A program made the translations under genes and the position numbers. Below, piece by piece: positions 1-10,067 of a stretch of DNA of 64,000 nt. Each line of letters starts with the position of its first letter. The stretch's first letter is position 1. This stretch comes from Calditrichia bacterium. GTDB taxonomy: Bacteria > Calditrichota > Calditrichia > RBG-13-44-9 > J075. The notes under the pieces are model-generated. The model did no database searches. It was not told the DNA's origin and saw only the letters and a list, made by a program, of their open reading frames with translations. The DNA lies in assembly GCA_050633245.1 (NCBI GenBank), contig JBOEGD010000024.1, forward strand, positions 199,787-263,786, written 5' to 3'.

Positions 1-80
1 TGGCAGTGAAAGCTGCCTTGTCTTTTGTCGATCGCAAACCTAACCAATAATGGGTTGCCGTAAACTCACTTGCACACGTA

Positions 81-428
81 ATGGAGTATCACCATATGAA
101 ATTAATCGTTTTGAATCTTGCACGTAAAACAACTGAAAAAGAATTAAGAAACCTTTTTAGAGAGTTTGGATATGTAAAATCCTGCGATTTGGTGTTAGAT
201 AAAGCTACCGGCGCCTCTAAAGGTTTTGGTTTCGTTGAGATTTCGAAACGTAAGGATGCCGAGCTTGCCATAGAAACCTTAAACAACAGAATGCTCGGCG
301 GTAGTAAAATTCGTGTAAAAGAAGCAAAAAAAGAGAAGAAAGCGAAGAAGCAGAAGAAGGAGAGGAAGGAGAGGAAGGAAAAGAATGAGCAGAATGAGCA
401 GAATGAGCAGAATGAGCAGAAGAGCTAA
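81..428 (+). CDS. RRM-type RNA-binding protein with a Lys/Glu-rich C-terminal tail. The true start is probably the ATG at 96 (MKLIVLNL).
   Basis: RNP-like motifs (KLIVLNL ... KGFGFVEI) typical of bacterial RRM proteins. The C-terminal KEKKAKKQKKERKERKEK low-complexity tail ends in NEQNEQNEQNEQ. Confidence 0.7.
   Translation: MEYHHMKLIVLNLARKTTEKELRNLFREFGYVKSCDLVLDKATGASKGFGFVEISKRKDAELAIETLNNRMLGGSKIRVKEAKKEKKAKKQKKERKERKEKNEQNEQNEQNEQKS
383..418 (+). repeat. 4 x 9-bp perfect tandem repeat (gaatgagca) inside the RRM gene, encoding the (NEQ)4 tail
   Basis: Four identical 9-mers, read directly from the sequence. Confidence 0.85.
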
Positions 429-505
429 TCTGCTAACTCATTGGACATATAGAACACCGTGCAATTGACGGTTTTAATATCGGCTCTGTTCGAGATGATT
501 GGGCG

Positions 506-847
506 GTGATTTCAACATTAGGTGCGAGGAAAAAAATGAGCACTGAATTTACAAAATTGAATAACTCTATAATTACACCCATTATGAAAGCAAAAGGCTT
601 TCGCAAGATTGGCAAGTATCATTATGGAGCAACTTTTGACAAGGCATTTTACAAATCTCCAGAAAAAGAATGCCAGATCATATATTCAGTACATCCCTCT
701 GACTATCCAATTCTTGGTATTCGGTTTGAGGAAATATCAAATGGCAAAGTAGTCTTCAAAAAACAATATTTGCTTGAAGGTCGTGATTTGGGTGGTCTGG
801 TTAAAACCTTGGCTGGCGATTTAGAAGCGGGGAACATAACTATCTGA
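506..847 (+). CDS. hypothetical protein
   Basis: A 113-aa ORF with no recognisable motif. The start may be the internal Met at 536. Confidence 0.35.
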   Translation: MISTLGARKKMSTEFTKLNNSIITPIMKAKGFRKIGKYHYGATFDKAFYKSPEKECQIIYSVHPSDYPILGIRFEEISNGKVVFKKQYLLEGRDLGGLVKTLAGDLEAGNITI

Positions 848-1129
848 TCGTGAATCGTTGTGCTGATCGGGTAATTTTATACTGGACAAACGTGCCTTAC
901 AATAAATCGGATCTTGCAGCCTTTCTTCAAATAACTTTCAATCCTCCCGCCCTGTTGATCTATAACGTTAACTTTTCTCCATAATTCTCGTAAAATACTT
1001 TGGCAAGCATAGCCTGCAGCAATAAACCCTGGATTCTAAAATTATTGAAGCAACTGTTGCTAATCGCTTGAATGGGCTTGCTGTTTATTTTCATACTTCC
1101 AAATGTTCCATTGATAACCAGAGCAAAGA

Positions 1130-2608
1130 ATGAGTTGCCATAAATTGACGATAGGCAGATTATTTTCAATAGGGTATTCGCTCCACCGAGCCTTAGCCGG
1201 ACTGGTAATGGCTATCCTATCGCTTTCTGTATCTGCGGTGTATGGTCAGGAACCTTTACCCTCAGTTGACTATTCAACCTACTATGGGGGCACTGGAACC
1301 GATGACGCCGATGTGGTTGCGATTGACCCGTTCGGGAACATTTATCTCGGTTGCCACTCGACTTCTCCGAGTTTGCCTGGGGTAAATGAAAATCATTTTA
1401 CACTCAAAGGCGGGATGGATGCATTTGTTGTAAAGTTGAATGAAAAAGGCTCAGAGGTTGGCTACGTGACGCATCTGGGTGGAGCAAACTGGGATGCCGT
1501 TCAGGGGTTGGTGTCGGATTCAGCCGGTAGCATCTATGCGATAGGAACAACATATTCAGAAGACTTTCCGATAGACCCTAATGGATTTCAATCTACCTTT
1601 GCAGGCGAGAGTGATGCCTTCGTTCTCAAACTGAATACAAATGGGGAAGTTGTTTGGTCAACTTTTCTGGGCGGTAGCGGTGATGAAGACGGGAGGGGGA
1701 TTATCGTTGACCGACATGGGGTTATCCATATTATCGGCCGCACCAAGTCGAACGATTTTCCTACCGTAGCTGGTGCATTGCAGCCACAGTCAGCCGGCGG
1801 AGTAGATGCATTTATAGCTACACTTGATCCTGACGGGAAAGTGATTGCCTCAACCTACCTGGGGGGAGCAGAGGATGATATTGGTTTTGCGATTGCACTG
1901 GACAGCGTGGGGCGCCGTTATATTACAGGTACGACCAACTCAGCAGATTTTCCAGTGCGCAACGGGGTTCAGATGACGCACAATGGCGAGAACGATCTCT
2001 TTGTTGTCGTAGTCGATTCAATGGGGTCAAATCTTGAGTTTGCCAGCTACCTGGGCGGTAGTGGAGCGGATCAGGCCTACAGTCTCGCTCTTGGTCCGGC
2101 AGGAGATATTTATGTCATGGGCGTAACAAACTCTCCGGACCTTCCGGCAACCAAGGGAGCGTTTCAGCAGGAACCGGCTGGAGAGCGCGATGCTTTCGTT
2201 GCTCGGCTGAATCTGCAGACGCGGAGTCTTGTCTATGCGACCTATGTTGGTGGAGAGAACGACGACAACCCAAGAAATCTTGTTGTTGATAGTGCAGGAA
2301 GAGCATGGATTGTCGGGAACACTAGTTCGCACAATTTCCCGGTTTTAAGCAAGCAGAACACAGCCGTGCGAGGGCGTGCAGATGCATTCGTTACAATTCT
2401 TGATCCGACAGGAGAGCTCCTTGAATATTCAACGCTGCTGGGTGGAGACGGCTTTGAGATATTCGAAGGTGCTGCTCTCGGAGCTGATGGCTCGCTGACG
2501 GTGTCGGGATTGACGGACTCTGCTAACTTTCCAAGGGTGAATCCACTACAACACAACTTTATGGGTGGCCGATTCGATATCGTCGTGGCGCGCTTTACAA
2601 TGCCTTAG
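1130..2608 (+). CDS. secreted SBBP (beta-propeller) repeat protein
   Basis: N-terminal signal-like hydrophobic segment. About 9 repeats of the SBBP-type unit (DAFVxKLN..G..VxSTYLGG.G.D.g..Ia.D..G..YvtG.T.S.dFP). No T9SS C-terminal domain. Confidence 0.65.
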   Translation: MSCHKLTIGRLFSIGYSLHRALAGLVMAILSLSVSAVYGQEPLPSVDYSTYYGGTGTDDADVVAIDPFGNIYLGCHSTSPSLPGVNENHFTLKGGMDAFVVKLNEKGSEVGYVTHLGGANWDAVQGLVSDSAGSIYAIGTTYSEDFPIDPNGFQSTFAGESDAFVLKLNTNGEVVWSTFLGGSGDEDGRGIIVDRHGVIHIIGRTKSNDFPTVAGALQPQSAGGVDAFIATLDPDGKVIASTYLGGAEDDIGFAIALDSVGRRYITGTTNSADFPVRNGVQMTHNGENDLFVVVVDSMGSNLEFASYLGGSGADQAYSLALGPAGDIYVMGVTNSPDLPATKGAFQQEPAGERDAFVARLNLQTRSLVYATYVGGENDDNPRNLVVDSAGRAWIVGNTSSHNFPVLSKQNTAVRGRADAFVTILDPTGELLEYSTLLGGDGFEIFEGAALGADGSLTVSGLTDSANFPRVNPLQHNFMGGRFDIVVARFTMP

Positions 2609-2746
2609 CTGAAGTAAGAGTCAGCAAAAGCATTGAAATAGATTTTGATAAGTTTAAAAATGAAGGTACTAGACCTAATCAACACGAATGGGAAGTATGA
2701 GCTGAAGTCAAAATAATCATACGTACGCTATAGCCGAGGAAAGCTG

Positions 2747-3142
2747 ATGATACCGACCATCCATTTTAAGACATCTATGTTCGATGTGACCAAAGAGAAG
2801 GAGAATCCCTTTAATCCTATCTACGGTCTGTCTCTTTTGGAGTGGCTAAAAGAGGAACTGAAGGGTAAGCTGGAGCTTACGGAGCCCGATGCGGAGGATT
2901 GGGGTTGGTATAGCGAACTGGAGTTTGAAGGCAATTCCTATATGATCGGCTCCTGCGCACTGATAGAAGAGAAAGAAGATCCAACCTCTGAGTTGGAATG
3001 GGTACTTCAGGTTCACAAGCATCGCAGTATCAAAGAAAAGTTGTTGGGTAGAAATAAGATGTCTGATTCCGATAGCTGCTTTGTCTTTTTCAAGAAGTTG
3101 TTTATCATGCACCCGGATATTAACGATGTACAAGTTGGGTAA
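2747..3142 (+). CDS. hypothetical protein
   Basis: ORF only; acidic, no motif recognised. Confidence 0.35.
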   Translation: MIPTIHFKTSMFDVTKEKENPFNPIYGLSLLEWLKEELKGKLELTEPDAEDWGWYSELEFEGNSYMIGSCALIEEKEDPTSELEWVLQVHKHRSIKEKLLGRNKMSDSDSCFVFFKKLFIMHPDINDVQVG

Positions 3143-3288
3143 TCTCGAATTGATATTTTATTCGGACCGAAAAAAATGGTTTCATAGCACACCAGAAGCG
3201 TCAGTTAAACAAAGGAATCAAGGCGGGCATTTGTAATGGTTTGCATCTATCTGTTTAGCCAGGCGTTATACTTTGGGAGTATGATCTG

Positions 3289-3699
3289 ATGAAAGCTACA
3301 TTCTTTTACGGACTTTTTATGGATGAAGCGCTTTTGCGAGACAAGGGATGTCATCCTACCAAACCAATTCGTGGCTATGCTGGAGGTTATGGTTTAAGAA
3401 TTGGTGAAAGGGCAACACTTGTTAAATCTGCTGATGAGCGCGCATATGGTACCATTATGTCACTAAGTGAGCTGGATCTGGAATGTCTTTACGGCGAACC
3501 GAGTGTTGAGGACTATCTTCCTGAAACGATAGTTGCTACAACGTTTGAAAATGAAGCAATAGAGGTTCTTGTCTACAATTTACCGGTGGAGAAACTTACC
3601 GGGCAAAATAAAAAGTATGCGATGTCTTTGGCTACTGTCGCAAGTGACTGTGGATTACCGAAAGAATACATTCAAATAATTGAGGCGTTTGCCAGGTAG
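3289..3699 (+). CDS. gamma-glutamyl cyclotransferase (AIG2/GGCT-like) family protein, putative
   Basis: The N-terminal FFYGLFMD..L motif and the size (136 aa) resemble the AIG2/GGCT fold. Weak call. Confidence 0.4.
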   Translation: MKATFFYGLFMDEALLRDKGCHPTKPIRGYAGGYGLRIGERATLVKSADERAYGTIMSLSELDLECLYGEPSVEDYLPETIVATTFENEAIEVLVYNLPVEKLTGQNKKYAMSLATVASDCGLPKEYIQIIEAFAR

Positions 3700-3900
3700 T
3701 GTGCATAACTCAATACTGAGCGAGATGTAAGGAAAACGTCAGCAAAATTAAAGAAAGCTAACAAGTAATGATTGACCAGGATATAGACATCCGCACCAAC
3801 GACGGTGTGATGAATACGTCTATCACGCATTCCGAAGAGAATGGCCCGCATTACAACGTGTGCTTCTTAACCTGTTGTTGAGCTGAGATGAGAGGTAAGA

Positions 3901-4602
3901 ATGAGCAATTTAGACACCTACCTACAGAAGCACTTTCTGAATGCTGAGCAGTTTGCGGTCAAATGCAATATATCTGTAGATAAACTTGAGGATTTAGTCC
4001 GGAGGCACCTGGTACCTGCACCATCTTATGTCGTTTCAGACTCGTCCACGGTTAGTTCCTTTGTGTTTGGAGAAATGGCGGCGAAAGAATCCAAACCGGG
4101 TCAATATTTTCATCCGGCTAATGTTGTTTGGGTCGGTGTCGCACGTGGAATAATTGAAACGCATGGTGAAGAAAAAGCGAGTGAAATAATAAGGAATAGG
4201 TTTTATCAAAATTTCCAGGCAGCACTTTCGGATCTGAATCAAACAACAATGCGCTTGCCGGATAGTTTTACAGACGAAGGTGCCCCCATCGCGGCTGGAG
4301 TGGGAGCTCGAACGGACTTGGTCTGGAAGCATTTTCTTAAAGGAACATTTGGGTTGTGTGTTGCTAACCCAATTTCGGAGGCAGCCATTGCGCGGAAAGA
4401 AGTGTTGCAGGAAAAGCTGAGCCAGCAAAGCGATAATGGAATGCGGACAGAGTATTCTCCAGAAGAAGTGAGTGCTATTTTAGAATTAGTTAATGAATTT
4501 GCCGCGGTGGCAATGCCGTTTTCACCAATAGAGTATCACTTGAGTAGCAGAAAAATCCTGGTCGATGATATGCGTGATCGACTCGGAGCAGTGGGATATT
4601 AA
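3901..4602 (+). CDS. hypothetical protein
   Basis: 233-aa ORF; no motif recognised. Confidence 0.4.
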   Translation: MSNLDTYLQKHFLNAEQFAVKCNISVDKLEDLVRRHLVPAPSYVVSDSSTVSSFVFGEMAAKESKPGQYFHPANVVWVGVARGIIETHGEEKASEIIRNRFYQNFQAALSDLNQTTMRLPDSFTDEGAPIAAGVGARTDLVWKHFLKGTFGLCVANPISEAAIARKEVLQEKLSQQSDNGMRTEYSPEEVSAILELVNEFAAVAMPFSPIEYHLSSRKILVDDMRDRLGAVGY

Positions 4603-4698
4603 AACCCACAAGATGTCATCCAAACGGCAGTGGGATAGATTGCTGTCCTTTTACAAGCGTTGCTTGTAGCTCTCTTCTGTTAGCATTGGAATTTAATT

Positions 4699-5556
4699 AT
4701 GCAATACCCTGAAGTAACGTACAGATTAGTTAAAGCTCTGAAACAACGTTCAGATGTCCACGCCGTTGCCGTAGTCGGTAGCTATGCTTCGGGTACACAG
4801 CGTCCGGATTCAGATATAGACATTTGTGCTTTTTATCGATCTGATCTTGATGTTGTCGCTCTCGCAGATTGTATTTGTGGTGAATTTGGTTTGACATCAT
4901 CAGAGGTCCAACTAACTACTCCTGGTGGTTGGGGAAATTGGGTAGATGGTGGTGGATGGTTGACACTTGAAGGGCAGCGTGTCGATATCGTTTATCGGTG
5001 CATCGACCGGCTTGAAAAAGAATTAGACCACATTTGGGCTGGTGAAATCGAATTAGATTATTTGCAAGCACCAGCTTTTGGCTATTTTAATTTTACCTGG
5101 GCGGCCGAGCTTCGGTCTACTGATCCAATCTTCGACCCTGATGGAAACATTGCAGCCCTGATTAAGCGCATGGACACATTTCCTGAAGTGCTGAAAATAA
5201 AGGGTTCATCTATATTTCTGCACGCAGCACAATTTGCATCTGTTATCGGTAAGAAAGCGTTAGCCAATGAAAACTGGTTTACGGCCCGGCCGTGCTGTGA
5301 TAGGGCAATATGGGCAATTTGCCTCGCACTCTATTCTGCAAATGGGGTTTGGATACCTGCGGAGAAAAGAGTTATGAAAGAAATTGTAAACCTGAAATAT
5401 GTTCCTGATCGTCTAGTTGATCGTTTTATCACGATACAGAGTTCTAAGCTCACTGCACACTCATTTAAGACTGTCGATTCAGTTATTCAGGAGGCGACCG
5501 AGCTATCCCAAAAGGCGCTTCAGAGAAAATCTGCTGCTGATAGTGGAGGTGATTGA
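4699..5556 (+). CDS. nucleotidyltransferase (Pol-beta-like NTase) domain protein
   Basis: Motif VAVVGSYASGTQRPDSDIDICAFY, a GS...DxD minimal nucleotidyltransferase signature, followed by a roughly 180-aa helical C-terminal domain. Confidence 0.6.
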   Translation: MQYPEVTYRLVKALKQRSDVHAVAVVGSYASGTQRPDSDIDICAFYRSDLDVVALADCICGEFGLTSSEVQLTTPGGWGNWVDGGGWLTLEGQRVDIVYRCIDRLEKELDHIWAGEIELDYLQAPAFGYFNFTWAAELRSTDPIFDPDGNIAALIKRMDTFPEVLKIKGSSIFLHAAQFASVIGKKALANENWFTARPCCDRAIWAICLALYSANGVWIPAEKRVMKEIVNLKYVPDRLVDRFITIQSSKLTAHSFKTVDSVIQEATELSQKALQRKSAADSGGD

Positions 5557-5880
5557 ATGTCTAAAAGGGGTTGTTTTTCGGCTTTTGAAATTCCTGAGGC
5601 GTCAAAGCCCGTAGGGGCGGAATGTCTTCCCCTTAACTGAAGCAGAACAATTCCAAAAATTATCCAGAATCTTGTGAAAATACTGCGAATACTAGTACGT
5701 AATAAAGTTGTTTGCTTCTTCTATTGGCAATGAGCATAAATTTTTAATGCCCGGATTAAAGATCTTGAAAATATGAGGCATCCCGGTCTTGCAAGAGTGT
5801 CTGTAAGACATCTGGCCCACTATCCGTAAACAAGGTATTTGTGGAGTAAATAAATTTGTAGATATGTTGCGACCCTCTTA

Positions 5881-6207
5881 ATGGTGTATTTGCTTTTGGG
5901 ATGTAATTTAGAATTCCCTGTGGCTGATCAGAAGTTTGGAACCCAGAACTTTGTTTCCGCTGTCTCAATTATTGAACTACATAAATTGAGAAATGGCACC
6001 TATCCTAAGAGTCTAATCGATTTAGAGTTTTTGGGCGATTGGGATGGTATCTGGCTTTCTGCTGTCCGTTATGAAATTAATGATGATGGCTATAACTTAT
6101 ATCTGGAGCGTGGCTGGGCCGGTACAGCGAATTTAGAGTTTCCAGTTAAATTCAAGCAGGGGCTTGGTATCAAGGAAAGCAATGTTAAGTGGTCTGACTC
6201 TGAATAA
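5881..6207 (+). CDS. hypothetical protein (start uncertain)
   Basis: ORF only. A very short LLLGC segment at the N-terminus suggests the real start is upstream or non-ATG. Confidence 0.3.
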   Translation: MVYLLLGCNLEFPVADQKFGTQNFVSAVSIIELHKLRNGTYPKSLIDLEFLGDWDGIWLSAVRYEINDDGYNLYLERGWAGTANLEFPVKFKQGLGIKESNVKWSDSE

Positions 6208-6264
6208 ATAGTATAAAGGAATATTGTATTGTGCTACGTACTGGAAATAATGATGGGGAATTGA

Positions 6265-6675
6265 ATGGATAAGAACAATAAAGACAAAATTAAGTATGCT
6301 ATGCATGGGCTTATTGAACAAGGCAATCTGGAAACCATAGATGAAGTATTTGCAGCTGATTACGTTGCCCATGCCGCCGGCAAGGAATTCAGTGGCCATT
6401 CTTTCTTAAAACGATTCACAAAACAACTTCGCAAGGCGATACCGGATATACGAGCCGTTGAAATAAAGTTTTTTGCTGTAGAAGGTGATACGATTGCCTG
6501 GCAACGTACTATGGAAGGAACGCATAAAGTAAAAATGCAGGGTATACCGGCTTCCGGAAAGAAATTTAAATGGGTGGAAATGGTTGTCACTCGCTTTAAA
6601 AATGAAAAAATAGCTGAAGAGTGGGTCGTATCAGAGCTTATGGGAGAAATGTTATTAAGAGTGCCTCGTAAGTAA
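6265..6675 (+). CDS. SnoaL-like / ester cyclase (NTF2-fold) family protein
   Basis: The 136-aa size and pattern (G.LE.IDEVFA.DYV.H..G) resemble predicted ester cyclases of the SnoaL-like superfamily. Confidence 0.5.
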   Translation: MDKNNKDKIKYAMHGLIEQGNLETIDEVFAADYVAHAAGKEFSGHSFLKRFTKQLRKAIPDIRAVEIKFFAVEGDTIAWQRTMEGTHKVKMQGIPASGKKFKWVEMVVTRFKNEKIAEEWVVSELMGEMLLRVPRK

Positions 6676-6773
6676 TTGTATCTATGGATAGGTTAAAGCA
6701 GAGGAACGGGTTCATTATAGCCGCTTCTAATGAAATTGATACACTATTTTGACTGCTAAAAAAGGAGAAAAAA

Positions 6774-7139
6774 ATGACGAGCACAGCCCATCACGACGAA
6801 CGAATTGCAAAAATGACCTTTGCCTCGGTTTATCCGCACTATGTAACCAAGGTTGAAAAGAAAGAGCGAACAATAGAGGAACTGCATCAGGTAATTGAGT
6901 GGCTGACTGGGTTCGATGAATCCCGTTTGCAAAAACTCATTGAAGAGAAAGCAACCTTTGAAGAGTTCTTTCAACAGGCTACGATACACCCCAATGCACA
7001 TCTTATTACCGGCGTGATTTGTGGCTATCGTGTAGAGGAGATTGAAAATACGCTTACGCAGCAGGTTCGATATTTAGACAAGGTGGTGGATGAGTTAGCC
7101 AAAGGACGGAAGATGGAGAAAATATTGCGAGCCGTGTAG
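6774..7139 (+). CDS. DUF2200 family protein
   Basis: Motif MTFASVYPHYVTKVEKKERT.EEL..VI.WLTG, as remembered for DUF2200. Confidence 0.5.
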   Translation: MTSTAHHDERIAKMTFASVYPHYVTKVEKKERTIEELHQVIEWLTGFDESRLQKLIEEKATFEEFFQQATIHPNAHLITGVICGYRVEEIENTLTQQVRYLDKVVDELAKGRKMEKILRAV

Positions 7140-7191
7140 AGCAAACGGTATGTTTCTTGACCGTAACCTTTAACGAGAAGGACAAACACAT

Positions 7192-9003
7192 ATGAAGAAT
7201 CGATATTTGTTTTCAGTACAAGGAAAAACGGCCCTAATTCCATTGTTGATTGTTCTTTTGTTCCCGTTTTTTTCGGCATCTATGCAAGCACAGGATTTAC
7301 TGTGGGGTAACCGGTCGGGTGGGGGATCCAGTGACTCAGGTCTTGATATTGCAGTCGACGCTTCCGGTAATAGTTATGTCACCGGCCACTTTGAGGGAGA
7401 AGCAACCTTCGGAGAGGGGCAAGCGAATGAAACCATTTTAAATAGTGTTGGCTTTTTGGATATCTTTGTGGCCAAATACGATCTTAACGGTTTGCTGATG
7501 TGGGTCAGACAGGCTGGTGGCCTTGAACTTGCTCAAGGCCTTCATATTTCAGTTGATGCATCCGGCAGCAGTTCTGTAACCGGTGTTTTTGATGGAATGG
7601 TCACCTTTGGAGTAGGTGAAGCCAACGAAACAACCTTAACCAGTTCAGGTTCTACGAATATCCACGATATTTTTATTGCCAGATACGACGCGAATGGTAT
7701 GTTGGTGTGGGCTACACGAGCGGGCGGTCAAAACTCAAATGATGTTGGTTCGTCAATCGCTGTTGATGACTTTAATAACAGCTATATAGCGGGGTATTTT
7801 AGTGATTCCACTATCTTTGGTGAGGGTGAAGCCAATGAAACCACTCTCAGCGGATTCGGTTCGTTTGACATCTTCATTGCTAAGTACGACGCAAATGGTT
7901 TATTACATTGGGCCAAGGAAGCTGGTGGTATTTCTTTCGAGGTAGGGTTAGGTATTGCCGTGAATTCTTCCAGTCAGAGTTATATAACTGGTTTGTTCGA
8001 AGGCGCAATTACTTTAGGATCTGGTGAAGCCAATGAAACAGTTCTGACCAGTGTGGATGGACGTGATGTTTTTGTCGCAAAGTATGACGCCGATGGCTTG
8101 CTGCTTTGGGCAAAGCGGGCTGGTGGGCCGGGAAATGATGAAGGTTTTGGCATTGAAGTTGGGCTGGCTGGCAGTAATTATATAACTGGCAAGTTTGAAG
8201 ACACTGCTACATTTGGGATGATTGGAACGAACGAGACCATCTTAAATAGTCAAGGGGCTAATGACGTTTTTGTGGCAAAGCTTGCTGCAGATGGAACACT
8301 GCTCTGGGCCAAACAGTCCGGAGGCTCTGGTAACGACCAGGGAGCTGAAATAATTGTTGATGCTTCCGGCAATGGTTATCTAACCGGTCTATTTGAAGGC
8401 GTTGCAACTTTTGGAGCGGGTGAAGCCAACGAAACTATTGTGACCAGTGCAGGCGCGACCGATATCTTCGTGACAAAATACGACTCCGACGGCTTGGTGC
8501 TTTGGGCTAAACAGGCTGGTGGGCCATCAGGTGACTTTAGTGAAGGCATTGGGGTCGATGCATTTGGTAACAGTTATATCGCTGGTCAATTCGAAGGGTT
8601 TGCAACCTTTGGTGCAGGTGAAGCCAACGAAACCATTTTAACCAGCGCAGGCTCGGCCGATATCTTTGTGGCTAAATATCAGAACAATTCACCATCGAGT
8701 GTGGGAGAAACGTTAACTCAGATAGACAATTTCAATTTAGCTCAGAACTATCCCAATCCTTTCAATCCCGTAACCGTAATTACTTTTGAAGTGCCAAAAG
8801 CTGTTCAAAGCACACTGGCTATTTATAACTTGCGCGGCCAATTAATACGTATTTTAACTTCAGGAAAAATTCTGCAAGGCCAACATCAGGCAATCTGGAA
8901 TGGCACAGATGACACTGGTCGAGAAATGGCGAGTGGAATTTATTTCTATAGATTAAATGCCGGTGAGTTTAGCGCTACAAAGAAAATGATACTTCTTCAA
9001 TAG
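7192..9003 (+). CDS. secreted repeat protein with T9SS (Por) C-terminal sorting domain
   Basis: Signal peptide. About 8 tandem 67-aa repeats (G.GEANETxLxSxG..DIFVAKYD.NGLL.WAK.AGG...D.G..I.VD.SGNSYxTG.FEG.ATFG); the DNA also repeats at about 201-bp period (ggtgaagccaa[c/t]gaaac at 7615, 7822, 8024, 8417 and 8619). C-terminus NYPNPFNP...IYNLRGQLIRIL matches the type-A T9SS C-terminal domain. Confidence 0.8.
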   Translation: MKNRYLFSVQGKTALIPLLIVLLFPFFSASMQAQDLLWGNRSGGGSSDSGLDIAVDASGNSYVTGHFEGEATFGEGQANETILNSVGFLDIFVAKYDLNGLLMWVRQAGGLELAQGLHISVDASGSSSVTGVFDGMVTFGVGEANETTLTSSGSTNIHDIFIARYDANGMLVWATRAGGQNSNDVGSSIAVDDFNNSYIAGYFSDSTIFGEGEANETTLSGFGSFDIFIAKYDANGLLHWAKEAGGISFEVGLGIAVNSSSQSYITGLFEGAITLGSGEANETVLTSVDGRDVFVAKYDADGLLLWAKRAGGPGNDEGFGIEVGLAGSNYITGKFEDTATFGMIGTNETILNSQGANDVFVAKLAADGTLLWAKQSGGSGNDQGAEIIVDASGNGYLTGLFEGVATFGAGEANETIVTSAGATDIFVTKYDSDGLVLWAKQAGGPSGDFSEGIGVDAFGNSYIAGQFEGFATFGAGEANETILTSAGSADIFVAKYQNNSPSSVGETLTQIDNFNLAQNYPNPFNPVTVITFEVPKAVQSTLAIYNLRGQLIRILTSGKILQGQHQAIWNGTDDTGREMASGIYFYRLNAGEFSATKKMILLQ

Positions 9004-9122
9004 ATTTGTGCTTTGAGAATGCCAACATGGTATTTATTTGAACACTGAAGATAATCAGGTTGAAAAGATTCTAAGAAAAATTCAATCAACAATCTTGCTT
9101 AATTCCGGTTGCCCTATAGTCG

Positions 9123-10067
9123 GTGCAGAACAACAATATGATGAACCACCAAGCCTTTAGCCAAATCGATCACCGACCCTGGGCGTGTCCCGGCAGACCC
9201 TGGCTCATGCGTCAGTCGTGGTGCGATCTTCTTTTTGCGCATTGGCCTGTCCCGGCATCACTCCTTCGTCCGTTAGTGCCGTCCAGCCTGGAAATTGATG
9301 AATTCGACCATACGTCGTGGGTCGGGGTGGTACCATTTCGTATGGAAGGCGTTTCGCTAAGATATGCACCTGACGTTCCGGGGCTATCGGCATTTCCTGA
9401 GATTAACCTGCGACTGTATGTCTCGGCCAACGGAAGGCCGGGTGTATGGTTCCTGAGTCTGGACGCAACAAACGCGTTGGCAGTTTGGGCCGCTCGCCGC
9501 TTCTTCTATCTTCCCTATTTCAATGCCAGGATATCGATCTCGCATTCAGGTCCGAACTTGCATTACAGATCGGTCCGGTCGGATGGCGAACAGTCTGCGG
9601 TATTTTCAGCTACTTATGGCCCGAAAGGCGACGTCTACCTGGCAAAACCGGGTAGTCTTGAGCACTGGCTGACGGAGAGGTATTGTCTTTACGCTGAAGA
9701 CAAAAACGGGCGCATTCTTCGAACCGAAGTGCATCATCGTCCGTGGCCACTTCAATCTGCTGATGCATTGATTGAGGAGAATACTGTTGGGAATGTTCAT
9801 GGAATAGAACTTGATTGCCATCCAGCGCTTGTTCATTTTAGTAAGCGAATTGACGTGGTTGCGTGGAGACCGAGAGACGTACGTTTGTCTGCTGATTACT
9901 TGGTAATGAGTTGTTTTACATTGAGAAGAAAATGTTCAGAAAATTGTGTCTATTTAGAGAATGATGTGTATATATGCACGCTTTCTTTAAGTAATAAAGA
10001 GAATGACTTATCTCCGTTGAATGGAATGTTAGCCGGGCGAAGTAATCATGAAAATCTATCTCGATGA
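9123..10067 (+). CDS. DUF2071 (YqjF-like) family protein. The C-terminus is longer than typical for the family.
   Basis: N-terminal W.....W.DLLFAHWPV..... pattern characteristic of DUF2071. The last ~70 aa are low-complexity-looking and overlap the next gene by 20 nt. Confidence 0.5.
   Translation: MQNNNMMNHQAFSQIDHRPWACPGRPWLMRQSWCDLLFAHWPVPASLLRPLVPSSLEIDEFDHTSWVGVVPFRMEGVSLRYAPDVPGLSAFPEINLRLYVSANGRPGVWFLSLDATNALAVWAARRFFYLPYFNARISISHSGPNLHYRSVRSDGEQSAVFSATYGPKGDVYLAKPGSLEHWLTERYCLYAEDKNGRILRTEVHHRPWPLQSADALIEENTVGNVHGIELDCHPALVHFSKRIDVVAWRPRDVRLSADYLVMSCFTLRRKCSENCVYLENDVYICTLSLSNKENDLSPLNGMLAGRSNHENLSR

Noticed and set aside
2027-2556. Minus-strand ORFs of 63-104 aa within the SBBP repeat gene
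   Set aside because: They are antisense to a repeat-rich, well-supported CDS.
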